Program-made: the position numbers and the translations under genes
Notes under the pieces: model-generated
Seen by the model: the letters and a program-made list of their open reading frames with translations, nothing else
The model's database searches: none
What the model was told of the DNA's origin: nothing
Source of the DNA: Schmidtea polychroa
Lineage: Eukaryota
Reading direction: 5' to 3'
Assembly (NCBI GenBank): GCA_044892525.1
Contig: CM097885.1
Location: forward strand, 2,606,001 to 2,670,000
DNA length: 64,000 nucleotides
Part shown: positions 1 to 15,000 of the stretch, one piece after another
Layout: each line of letters begins with the position of its first letter
Position numbering within the stretch: the stretch's first letter is position 1

Positions 1-3000
1 TCTGATATCGCTGCCCATATCTTCCCTATCTGATATCACTGCCTATATCTTCCCTATCTGATATCGCTGCCCATATCTTCCCTATCTGATATCGCTGCCC
101 ATATCTTCCCTATCTGATATCACTGCCCATATCTTCCCTATCTGAAATCACTGCCTTACCTTCCCTATCTGATATCACTGCCCATATCTTCCCTATCTGA
201 CATCACTGCCCATATCTTCCCTATCTGACATCACTGCCCATATCTTCCCTGTCTGATATCACTGCCCACATCTTCCCTATCTGATATCACTGCATATCTT
301 CCCTATCTAATATCGCGGCCCATATCTTCCCTCTCTGATATCGCTGCCCATATCTTCCCTATCTGATATCGCTGCCCATATCTTCCCTATCTGATATCAC
401 TGTCCATATCTTCCCTATCTGATATCGCTGCCCATATCTTCCCTATCTGATATCACTGCATATCTTCCCTTTCTGATATCACTGCCCATATCTTCCCTAT
501 CTGATATCAGAGCAAATCTTCCTTATCTGATATCACTGCCCATATCTTCCCTATCTGATATCGCTGCCCATATCTTCTCTCTCTGGTATCACTGCCCATA
601 TCTTCCCTATCTGATATCAGAGCAAATCTTCCTTATCTGATATCACTGCCCATATCTTCCCTATCTGATATCACGGCATATCTTCCCTATCTGATATCAC
701 TGCCAATATCTTCCCTATCTGATATCACTGCCTATATCTTCCCTATCTGATATCACTGCATATCTTCCCTATCTGTTATCACTGCATATCTTCCCTATCT
801 GATATCACTGCCCATATCTTCCCTATCTGATATCACTACATATCTTCCCTATCTGATATCACTCCCCATATCTTCCCTATCTGATATCGCTGCATATCTT
901 CCCTATCTGATATCACTGCCCATATCTTCCCTATCTGATATCACTGCCCATATCTTCCCTATCTGACATCATTGCCCATACCTTCCCTATCTGATATCAC
1001 TGCCCATATCTTCCCTATCTGATATCACTGCCCACATCTTCCTTATCTGATATCGCTGCCCATATCTTCCCTATCTGATATCACTGCATATCTTCCCTAT
1101 CTGATATCACTGCCCATATCTTCCATATCTGATATCACTGCCCATATCTTCCCTATCTGATATCACTGCATATCTTCTTTATCTGACATCACTGCCCATA
1201 TCTTCCCTATCTGACATCACTGCCCATATCTTCCCTATCTGATATCACTGCCCATATCTTCTCTATCTGATATCACTGCCTATATCTTTCCTATCTGATA
1301 TCACTGCCCATATCTTCCCTATCTGATATCACTGCATATCTTCCCTATCTGATATCACTGCCCATATCTTCCCTATCTGATATCACTGCATATCTTCCCT
1401 ATCTGATATCACTGCCCATATCTTCCCTATCTGATATCACTGCCCATATCTTCCCTATCTGATATCACTGCCCATATCTTCCCTATCTGATATCACTGCA
1501 TATCTTCCCTATCTGATATCACTGCCCATATCTTCCATATCTGATATCACTGCCCATATCTTCCCTATCTGATATCACTGCATATCTTCCCTATCTGATA
1601 TCACTGCCCATATCTTCCCTATCTGATATCACTGCATATCTTCCCTATCTGATATCGCTGCCCATATCTTCCCTATCTGATATCACTGCCAATATCTTCC
1701 CTATCTGATATCACTGCATATCTTCCCTATCTGATATCGCTGCCCATATCTTCCCTATCTGATATCGCTGCCCATATCTTCCCTATCTGATATCACTGCC
1801 AATATCTTTCCTATCTGGTATCACTGCATATCTTCCCTTTCTGATATCACTGCCCATATCTTCCCTATCTTATATCACTGCCTATATCTTCCCTATCTGA
1901 TATCACTGCATATCTTCCCTATCTTATATAAATGCCCATATCTTCCCTATCTGATATCACTGCCCTTATTTTCCCTATCTTATATCACTGCCCTTATCTT
2001 CCCTATCTGGTATCACTGCCAATATCTTCCCTGTCTGATATCAGAGCAAATCTTCCCTATCTGATATCAATGCCCATATCTTCCCTATCTGATATCACTG
2101 CCCTTAATTTCCCTATCTTAAATCACTGCCCTTATCTTCCCTATCTGGTATCACTGCCAATATCTTCCCTATCTGATATCAGAGCAAATCTTCCCTATCT
2201 GATATCAGAGCAAATCTTCCTTATCTGATATCACTGCCCATATCTTCCCTATCTGATATCGCTGCCCATATCTTCTCTCTCTGGTATCACTGCCCATATC
2301 TTCCCTATCTGATATCAGAGCAAATCTTCCTTATCTGATATCACTGCCCATATCTTCCCTATCTGATATCACGGCATATCTTCCCTATCTGATATCACTG
2401 CCAATATCTTCCCTATCTGATATCACTGCCTATATCTTCCCTATCTGATATCACTGCATATCTTCCCTATCTGATATCACTGCATATCTTCCCTATCTGA
2501 TATCACTGCCCATATCTTCCCTATCTGATATCACTACATATCTTCCCTATCTGATATCACTCCCCATATCTTCCCTATCTGATATCGCTGCATATCTTCC
2601 CTATCTGATATCACTGCCCATATCTTCCCTATCTGATATCACTGCCCATATCTTCCCTATCTGACATCATTGCCCATACCTTCCCTATCTGATATCACTG
2701 CCCATATCTTCCCTATCTGATATCACTGCCCATATCTTCCCTATCTGATATCACTGCATATCTTCATTATCTGATATCACTGCCCATATCTTCCCTATCT
2801 GATATCACTGCCCATATCTTCCCTATCTGATATGACTGCATATCTTCCCTATCTGATATCGCTGCCCATATCTTCCCTATCTGATATCACTGCCTATATC
2901 TTCCCTATCTGATATCGCTGCCCATATCTTCCCTATCTGATATCGCTGCCCATATCTTCCCTATCTGATATCACTGCCCATATCTTCCCTATCTGAAATC

Positions 3001-6000
3001 ACTGCCTTACCTTCCCTATCTGATATCACTGCCCATATCTTCCCTATCTGACATCACTGCCCATATCTTCCCTATCTGACATCACTGCCCATATCTTCCC
3101 TGTCTGATATCACTGCCCACATCTTCCCTATCTGATATCACTGCATATCTTCCCTATCTAATATCGCGGCCCATATCTTCCCTCTCTGATATCGCTGCCC
3201 ATATCTTCCCTATCTGATATCGCTGCCCATATCTTCCCTATCTGATATCACTGTCCATATCTTCCCTATCTGATATCGCTGCCCATATCTTCCCTATCTG
3301 ATATCACTGCATATCTTCCCTTTCTGATATCACTGCCCATATCTTCCCTATCTCATATCACTGCCCATATCCTCCCTATCTGATATCACTGCCCATATCT
3401 TCCCTATCTGACATCACTGCCCATATCTTCCTATCTGATATAACTGCCCATATCTTCCCTATCTGATATCACTGCCCATATCTTCCCTATCTGATATCAC
3501 TGCATATCTTACCTATCTGATATCACTGCCCATATCTTTCCTATCTGATATCACTGCCCATATCTTCCCTATCTGATATCACTGCATATCTTCCCTATCT
3601 GACATCACTGCATATCTTCCCTATCTGATATTACTGCCCATATCTTCCCTATCTGATATCACTGCCCATATCTTCCCTATCTGATGTCGCTGCCCATATC
3701 TTCCCTATCTGGTATCACTGCCAATATCTTCCCTATCTGATATCACTGCATATCTTCCCTATCTGATATCGCTGCCCATATCTTCCCTATCTGATATCAC
3801 TGCCAATATCTTCCCTATCTGATATCACTGCATATCTTCCCTATCTGATATCGCTGCCCATATCTTCCCTATCTGATATCGCTGCCCATATCTTCCCTAT
3901 CTGATATCACTGCCTATATCTTCCCTATCTGATATCACTGCATATCTTCCCTATCTTATATCACTGCCCATATCTTCCCTATCTGATATCAGAGCAAATC
4001 TTCCTTATCTGATATCACTGCCCATATCTTCCCTATCTGGTATCACTGCATATCTTCCCTTTCTGATATCACTGCCCATATCTTCCCTATCTGATATCAC
4101 TGCATATCTTCCCTATCTTATATCACTGCCCATATCTTCCCTATCTGATATCAGAGCAAATCTTCCTTATCTGATATCACTGCCCATATCTTCCCTATCT
4201 GATATCGCTGCCCATATCTTCTTTCTCTGGTATCACTGCCCATATCTTCCCTATCTGATATCAGAGCAAATCTTCCTTATCTGATATCACTGCCCATATC
4301 TTCCCTATCTGATATCGCTGCCCATATCTTCTCTCTCTGGTATCACTGTCCATATCTTCCCTATCTGATATCACTGCCCATATCTTCCCTATCTGATATC
4401 ACTGCCCATATCTTCCCCATCTGATATCACTGCCCATATCTTCCCTATCTGACATCACTGCCCATACCTTCCCTATCTGATATCACTGCCCATATCTTCC
4501 CTATCTGATATCACAGTCCATATCTTCCCTATCTGATATCACTGCATATCTTCATTATCTGATATCACTGCCCATATCTTCCTTATCTGATATCACTGCC
4601 CATATCTTCCCTATCTGATATCACTGCCCATATCTTCCCTATCTTATATCACTGCCCATATCTTCCCTATCTGATATCACTGCCCATATCTTCCCTATCT
4701 GATATCACTGCCCATATCTTCCCTATCTGATATCACTGCATATCTTCATTATCTGATATCACTGCCCATATCTTCCCTATCTGACATCACTGCCCATATC
4801 TTCCCTATCTGATATCACTGCCCATATCTTCCCTATCTGATATCACTGCCCTTAATTTCCCTGTCTTATATCACTGCCCTTATCTTCCCTATCTGATATC
4901 ACTGCATATCTTCCCTATCTGATATCACTGCCCATATCTTCCCTATCTGATATCACTACCCATATCTTCCCTATCTGATATCACTGCTCATATCTTCCCT
5001 ATCTGATATTGCTGCCCATATCTTCCCTATCTGATATCACTGCAAATCTTCCCTATCTGACATCACTGCCCATATCTTCCCTATCTGATATCACTGCCCA
5101 TATCTTCCCTATCTGACATCACTGCCCATATCTTCCCTGTCTGATATCACTGCCCACATCTTCCCTATCTGATATCACTGCATATCTTCCCTATCTAATA
5201 TCGCGGCCCATATCTTCCCTCTCTGATATCGCTGCCCATATCTTCCCTATCTGATATCGCTGCCCATATCTTCCCTATCTGATATCACTGTCCATATCTT
5301 CCCTATCTGATATCGCTGCCCATATCTTCCCTATCTGATATCACTGCATATCTTCCCTTTCTGATATCACTGCCCATATCTTCCCTATCTGATATCAGAG
5401 CAAATCTTCCTTATCTGATATCACTGCCCATATCTTCCCTATCTGATATCGCTGCCCATATCTTCTCTCTCTGGTATCACTGCCCATATCTTCCCTATCT
5501 GATATCAGAGCAAATCTTCCTTATCTGATATCACTGCCCATATCTTCCCTATCTGATATCACGGCATATCTTCCCTATCTGATATCACTGCCAATATCTT
5601 CCCTATCTGATATCACTGCCTATATCTTCCCTATCTGATATCACTGCATATCTTCCCTATCTGTTATCACTGCATATCTTCCCTATCTGATATCACTGCC
5701 CATATCTTCCCTATCTGATATCACTACATATCTTCCCTATCTGATATCACTCCCCATATCTTCCCTATCTGATATCGCTGCATATCTTCCCTATCTGATA
5801 TCACTGCCCATATCTTCCCTATCTGATATCACTGCCCATATCTTCCCTATCTGACATCATTGCCCATACCTTCCCTATCTGATATCACTGCCCATATCTT
5901 CCCTATCTGATATCACTGCCCACATCTTCCTTATCTGATATCGCTGCCCATATCTTCCCTATCTGATATCACTGCATATCTTCCCTATCTGATATCACTG

Positions 6001-9000
6001 CCCATATCTTCCATATCTGATATCACTGCCCATATCTTCCCTATCTGATATCACTGCATATCTTCTTTATCTGACATCACTGCCCATATCTTCCCTATCT
6101 GACATCACTGCCCATATCTTCCCTATCTGATATCACTGCCCATATCTTCTCTATCTGATATCACTGCCTATATCTTTCCTATCTGATATCACTGCCCATA
6201 TCTTCCCTATCTGATATCACTGCATATCTTCCCTATCTGATATCACTGCCCATATCTTCCCTATCTGATATCACTGCATATCTTCCCTATCTGATATCAC
6301 TGCCCATATCTTCCCTATCTGATATCACTGCCCATATCTTCCCTATCTGATATCACTGCCCATATCTTCCCTATCTGATATCACTGCATATCTTCCCTAT
6401 CTGATATCACTGCCCATATCTTCCATATCTGATATCACTGCCCATATCTTCCCTATCTGATATCACTGCATATCTTCCCTATCTGATATCACTGCCCATA
6501 TCTTCCCTATCTGATATCACTGCATATCTTCCCTATCTGATATCGCTGCCCATATCTTCCCTATCTGATATCACTGCCAATATCTTCCCTATCTGATATC
6601 ACTGCATATCTTCCCTATCTGATATCGCTGCCCATATCTTCCCTATCTGATATCGCTGCCCATATCTTCCCTATCTGATATCACTGCCAATATCTTTCCT
6701 ATCTGGTATCACTGCATATCTTCCCTTTCTGATATCACTGCCCATATCTTCCCTATCTTATATCACTGCCTATATCTTCCCTATCTGATATCACTGCATA
6801 TCTTCCCTATCTTATATAAATGCCCATATCTTCCCTATCTGATATCACTGCCCTTATTTTCCCTATCTTATATCACTGCCCTTATCTTCCCTATCTGGTA
6901 TCACTGCCAATATCTTCCCTGTCTGATATCAGAGCAAATCTTCCCTATCTGATATCAATGCCCATATCTTCCCTATCTGATATCACTGCCCTTAATTTCC
7001 CTATCTTAAATCACTGCCCTTATCTTCCCTATCTGGTATCACTGCCAATATCTTCCCTATCTGATATCAGAGCAAATCTTCCCTATCTGATATCAGAGCA
7101 AATCTTCCTTATCTGATATCACTGCCCATATCTTCCCTATCTGATATCGCTGCCCATATCTTCTCTCTCTGGTATCACTGCCCATATCTTCCCTATCTGA
7201 TATCAGAGCAAATCTTCCTTATCTGATATCACTGCCCATATCTTCCCTATCTGATATCACGGCATATCTTCCCTATCTGATATCACTGCCAATATCTTCC
7301 CTATCTGATATCACTGCCTATATCTTCCCTATCTGATATCACTGCATATCTTCCCTATCTGATATCACTGCATATCTTCCCTATCTGATATCACTGCCCA
7401 TATCTTCCCTATCTGATATCACTACATATCTTCCCTATCTGATATCACTCCCCATATCTTCCCTATCTGATATCGCTGCATATCTTCCCTATCTGATATC
7501 ACTGCCCATATCTTCCCTATCTGATATCACTGCCCATATCTTCCCTATCTGACATCATTGCCCATACCTTCCCTATCTGATATCACTGCCCATATCTTCC
7601 CTATCTGATATCACTGCCCATATCTTCCCTATCTGATATCACTGCATATCTTCATTATCTGATATCACTGCCCATATCTTCCCTATCTGATATCACTGCC
7701 CATATCTTCCCTATCTGATATGACTGCATATCTTCCCTATCTGATATCGCTGCCCATATCTTCCCTATCTGATATCACTGCCTATATCTTCCCTATCTGA
7801 TATCGCTGCCCATATCTTCCCTATCTGATATCGCTGCCCATATCTTCCCTATCTGATATCACTGCCCATATCTTCCCTATCTGAAATCACTGCCTTACCT
7901 TCCCTATCTGATATCACTGCCCATATCTTCCCTATCTGACATCACTGCCCATATCTTCCCTATCTGACATCACTGCCCATATCTTCCCTGTCTGATATCA
8001 CTGCCCACATCTTCCCTATCTGATATCACTGCATATCTTCCCTATCTAATATCGCGGCCCATATCTTCCCTCTCTGATATCGCTGCCCATATCTTCCCTA
8101 TCTGATATCGCTGCCCATATCTTCCCTATCTGATATCACTGTCCATATCTTCCCTATCTGATATCGCTGCCCATATCTTCCCTATCTGATATCACTGCAT
8201 ATCTTCCCTTTCTGATATCACTGCCCATATCTTCCCTATCTCATATCACTGCCCATATCCTCCCTATCTGATATCACTGCCCATATCTTCCCTATCTGAC
8301 ATCACTGCCCATATCTTCCTATCTGATATAACTGCCCATATCTTCCCTATCTGATATCACTGCCCATATCTTCCCTATCTGATATCACTGCATATCTTAC
8401 CTATCTGATATCACTGCCCATATCTTTCCTATCTGATATCACTGCCCATATCTTCCCTATCTGATATCACTGCATATCTTCCCTATCTGACATCACTGCA
8501 TATCTTCCCTATCTGATATTACTGCCCATATCTTCCCTATCTGATATCACTGCCCATATCTTCCCTATCTGATGTCGCTGCCCATATCTTCCCTATCTGG
8601 TATCACTGCCAATATCTTCCCTATCTGATATCACTGCATATCTTCCCTATCTGATATCGCTGCCCATATCTTCCCTATCTGATATCACTGCCAATATCTT
8701 CCCTATCTGATATCACTGCATATCTTCCCTATCTGATATCGCTGCCCATATCTTCCCTATCTGATATCGCTGCCCATATCTTCCCTATCTGATATCACTG
8801 CCTATATCTTCCCTATCTGATATCACTGCATATCTTCCCTATCTTATATCACTGCCCATATCTTCCCTATCTGATATCAGAGCAAATCTTCCTTATCTGA
8901 TATCACTGCCCATATCTTCCCTATCTGGTATCACTGCATATCTTCCCTTTCTGATATCACTGCCCATATCTTCCCTATCTGATATCACTGCATATCTTCC

Positions 9001-12000
9001 CTATCTTATATCACTGCCCATATCTTCCCTATCTGATATCAGAGCAAATCTTCCTTATCTGATATCACTGCCCATATCTTCCCTATCTGATATCGCTGCC
9101 CATATCTTCTTTCTCTGGTATCACTGCCCATATCTTCCCTATCTGATATCAGAGCAAATCTTCCTTATCTGATATCACTGCCCATATCTTCCCTATCTGA
9201 TATCGCTGCCCATATCTTCTCTCTCTGGTATCACTGTCCATATCTTCCCTATCTGATATCACTGCCCATATCTTCCCTATCTGATATCACTGCCCATATC
9301 TTCCCCATCTGATATCACTGCCCATATCTTCCCTATCTGACATCACTGCCCATACCTTCCCTATCTGATATCACTGCCCATATCTTCCCTATCTGATATC
9401 ACAGTCCATATCTTCCCTATCTGATATCACTGCATATCTTCATTATCTGATATCACTGCCCATATCTTCCTTATCTGATATCACTGCCCATATCTTCCCT
9501 ATCTGATATCACTGCCCATATCTTCCCTATCTTATATCACTGCCCATATCTTCCCTATCTGATATCACTGCCCATATCTTCCCTATCTGATATCACTGCC
9601 CATATCTTCCCTATCTGATATCACTGCATATCTTCATTATCTGATATCACTGCCCATATCTTCCCTATCTGACATCACTGCCCATATCTTCCCTATCTGA
9701 TATCACTGCCCATATCTTCCCTATCTGATATCACTGCCCTTAATTTCCCTGTCTTATATCACTGCCCTTATCTTCCCTATCTGATATCACTGCATATCTT
9801 CCCTATCTGATATCACTGCCCATATCTTCCCTATCTGATATCACTACCCATATCTTCCCTATCTGATATCACAGCTCATATCTTCCCTATCTGATATTGC
9901 TGCCCATATCTTCCCTATCTGATATCACTGCAAATCTTCCCTATCTGACATCACTGCCCATATCTTCCCTATCTGATATCACTGCCCATATCTTCCCTAT
10001 CTGACATCACTGCCCATATCTTCCCTATATGATATCACTGCCCATGTCTTCGTTATCTGACATCACTGCCCATATCTTCCCTATCTGATATCACTGCCCA
10101 TATCTTCCCTATCTGACATCACTGCCCATATCTTCCTTATCTGATATCACTGCCCATATCTTCCCTATCTGATATCACTGCCCATATCTTCCCTATCTGA
10201 TATTGCTGCCCATATCTTACTTATCTGATATCACTGCCCATATCTTCCCTATCTGATATCACTGCCCATATCTTCCCTATCTGATATCACTGCCCATATC
10301 TTCCCTATCTGATATCACTGCCCATATCTTCCCTATCTGATATTGCTGCCCATATCTTCCCTATCTGATATTGCTGCCCATATCTTCCCTATCTGATATC
10401 ACTGCCCATATCTTCCCTATCTGATATCGCTGCCCATATCTTCCCTATCTGATATCACTGCATATGTTCCCTATCTGATATCACTGCCCATATCTTCCAT
10501 ATCTGATATCACTGCCCATATCTTCCCTATCTGATATCACTGCATATCTTCCCTATCTGACATCACTGCCCATATCTTCCCTATCTGACATCACTGCCCA
10601 TATCTTCCCTATCTGATATCACTGCCCATATCTTCTCTATCTGATATCACTGCCTATATCTTTCCTATCTGATATCACTGCCCATATCTTCCCTATCTGA
10701 TATCACTGCATATCTTCCCTATCTGATATCACTGCCCATATCTTCCCTATCTGATATCACTGCATATCTTCCCTATCTGATATCACTGCCCATATCTTCC
10801 CTATCTGATATCACTGCCCATATCTTCCCTATCTGATATCACTGCCCATATCTTCCCTATCTGATATCACTGCATATCTTCCCTATCTGATATCACTGCC
10901 CATATCTTCCATATCTGATATCACTGCCCATATCTTCCCTATCTGATATCACTGCCCATATCTTCCCTATCTGATATCGCTGCCCATATCTTCTTTCTCT
11001 GGTATCACTGCCCATATCTTCCCTATCTGATATAAATGCCCATATCTTCCCTATCTGATATCACTGCCCTTAATTTCCCTATCTTATATCACTGCCCTTA
11101 TCTTCCCTATCTGGTATCACTGCCAATATCTTCCCTATCTGATATCAGAGCAAATCTTCCCTATCTGGTATCACTGCCAATATCTTCCCTATCTGATATC
11201 AGAGCAAATCTTCCCTATCTGATATCAGAGCAAATCTTCCTTATCTGATATCACTGCCCATATCTTCCCTATCTGATATCGCTGCCCATATCTTCTCTCT
11301 CTGGTATCACTGCCCATATCTTCCCTATCTGATATCAGAGCAAATCTTCCCTATCTTATATCACTGCCCTTATCTTCCCTATCTGGTATCACTGCCAATA
11401 TCTTCCCTATCTGATATCAGAGCAAATCTTCCCAATCTGATATCAGAGCAAATCTTCCTTATCTGATATCACTGCCCATATCTTCCCTATCTGATATCGC
11501 TGCCCATATCTTCTCTCTCTGGTATCACTGCCCATATCTTCCCTATCTGATATCAGAGCAAATCTTCCTTATCTGATATCACTGCCCATATCTTCCCTAT
11601 CTGATATCACTGCCCATATCTTCCCTATCTGATATCACTGCCCTTAATTTCCCTATCTTATATCACTGCCCTTATCTTCCCTATCTGGTATCACTGCCAA
11701 TATCTTCCCTATCTGATATCAGAGCAAATCTTCTCTATCTGATATCAGAGCAAATCTTCCTTATCTGATATCACTGCCCATATCTTCCCTATCTGATATC
11801 GCTGCCCATATCTTCTCTCTCTGGTATCAGTGCCCATATCTTCCCTATCTGATATCAGAGCAAATCTTCCCTATCTTATATCACTGCCCTTATCTTCCCT
11901 ATCTGGTATCACTGCCAATATCTTCCCTATCTGATATCAGAGCAAATCTTCCCTATCTGATATCAGAGCAAATCTTCCTTATCTGATATCACTGCCCATA

Positions 12001-15000
12001 TCTTCCCTATCTGATATCGCTGCCCATATCTTCTCTCTCTGGTATCACTGCCCATATCTTCCCTATCTGATATCAGAGCAAATCTTCCTTATCTGATATC
12101 ACTGCCCATATCTTCCCTATCTGATATCACGGCATATCTTCCCTACCTGATATCACTGCCAATATCTTCCCTATCTGATATCACTGCCTATATCTTCCCT
12201 ATCTGATATCACTGCATATCTTCCCTATCTGATATCACTGCATATCTTCCCTATCTGATATCACTGCCCATATCTTCCCTATCTGATATCACTACATATC
12301 TTCCCTATCTGATATCACTCCCCATATCTTCCCTATCTGATATCGCTGCATATCTTCCCTATCTGATATCACTGCCCATATCTTCCCTATCTGATATCAC
12401 TGCCCATATCTTCCCTATCTGACATCATTGCCCATACCTTCCCTATCTGATATCACTGCCCATATCTTCCCTATCTGATATCACTGCCCATATCTTCCCT
12501 ATCTGATATCACTGCATATCTTCATTATCTGATATCACTGCCCATATCTTCCCTATCTGATATCACTGCCCATATCTTCCCTATCTGATATGACTGCATA
12601 TCTTCCCTATCTGATATCGCTGCCCATATCTTCCCTATCTGATATCACTGCCTATATCTTCCCTATCTGATATCGCTGCCTATATCTTCCCTATCTGATA
12701 TCGCTGCCCATATCTTCCCTATCTGATATCACTGCCCATATCTTCCCTATCTGATATCACTGCCTTACCTTCCCTATCTGATATCACTGCCCATATCTTC
12801 CCTATCTGACATCACTGCCCATATCTTCCCTATCTGACATCACTGCCCATATCTTCCCTGTCTGATATCACTGCCCACATCTTCCCTATCTGATATCACT
12901 GCATATCTTCCCTATCTAATATCGCGGCCCATATCTTCCCTCTCTGATATCGCTGCCCATATCTTCCCTATCTGATATCGCTGCCCATATCTTCCCTATC
13001 TGATATCACTGTCCATATCTTCCCTATCTGATATCGCTGCCCATATCTTCCCTATCTGATATCACTGCATATCTTCCCTTTCTGATATCACTGCCCATAT
13101 CTTCCCTATCTGACATCACTGCCCATATCTTCCTATCTGATATCACTGCCCATATCTTCCCTATCTGATATCACTGCCCATATCTTCCCTATCTGATATC
13201 ACTGCATATCTTACCTATCTGATATCACTGCCCATATCTTTCCTATCTGATATCACTGCCCATATCTTCCCTATCTGATATCACAGTCCATATCTTCCCT
13301 ATCTGATATCACTGCATATCTTCATTATCTGATATCACTGCCCATATCTTCCTTATCTGATATCACTGCCCATATCTTCCCTATCTGATATCACTGCCCA
13401 TATCTTCCCTATCTTATATCACTGCCCATATCTTCCCTATCTGATATCACTGCCCATATCTTCCCTATCTGATATCACTGCCCATATCTTCCCTATCTGA
13501 TATCACTGCATATCTTCATTATCTGATATCACTGCCCATATCTTCCCTATCTGACATCACTGCCCATATCTTCCCTATCTGATATCACTGCCCATATCTT
13601 CCCTATCTGATATCACTGCCCTTAATTTCCCTGTCTTATATCACTGCCCTTATCTTCCCTATCTGATATCACTGCATATCTTCCCTATCTGATATCACTG
13701 CCCATATCTTCCCTATCTGATATCACTACCCATATCTTCCCTATCTGATATCACTGCTCATATCTTCCCTATCTGATATTGCTGCCCATATCTTCCCTAT
13801 CTGATATCACTGCAAATCTTCCCTATCTGACATCACTGCCCATATCTTCCCTATCTGATATCACTGCCCATATCTTCCCTATCTGACATCACTGCCCATA
13901 TCTTCCCTATATGATATCACTGCCCATGTCTTCGTTATCTGACATCACTGCCCATATCTTCCCTATCTGATATCACTGCCCATATCTTCCCTATCTGACA
14001 TCACTGCCCATATCTTCCTTATCTGATATCACTGCCCATATCTTCCCTATCTGATATCACTGCCCATATCTTCCCTATCTGATATTGCTGCCCATATCTT
14101 ACTTATCTGATATCACTGCCCATATCTTCCCTATCTGATATCACTGCCCATATCTTCCCTATCTGATATCACTGCCCATATCTTCCCTATCTGATATCAC
14201 TGCCCATATCTTCCCTATCTGATATTGCTGCCCATATCTTCCCTATCTGATATTGCTGCCCATATCTTCCCTATCTGATATCACTGCCCATATCTTCCCT
14301 ATCTGATATCGCTGCCCATATCTTCCCTATCTGATATCACTGCATATGTTCCCTATCTGATATCACTGCCCATATCTTCCATATCTGATATCACTGCCCA
14401 TATCTTCCCTATCTGATATCACTGCATATCTTCCCTATCTGACATCACTGCCCATATCTTCCCTATCTGACATCACTGCCCATATCTTCCCTATCTGATA
14501 TCACTGCCCATATCTTCTCTATCTGATATCACTGCCTATATCTTTCCTATCTGATATCACTGCCCATATCTTCCCTATCTGATATCACTGCATATCTTCC
14601 CTATCTGATATCACTGCCCATATCTTCCCTATCTGATATCACTGCATATCTTCCCTATCTGATATCACTGCCCATATCTTCCCTATCTGATATCACTGCC
14701 CATATCTTCCCTATCTGATATCACTGCCCATATCTTCCCTATCTGATATCACTGCATATCTTCCCTATCTGATATCACTGCCCATATCTTCCATATCTGA
14801 TATCACTGCCCATATCTTCCCTATCTGATATCACTGCCCATATCTTCCCTATCTGATATCGCTGCCCATATCTTCTTTCTCTGGTATCACTGCCCATATC
14901 TTCCCTATCTGATATAAATGCCCATATCTTCCCTATCTGATATCACTGCCCTTAATTTCCCTATCTTATATCACTGCCCTTATCTTCCCTATCTGGTATC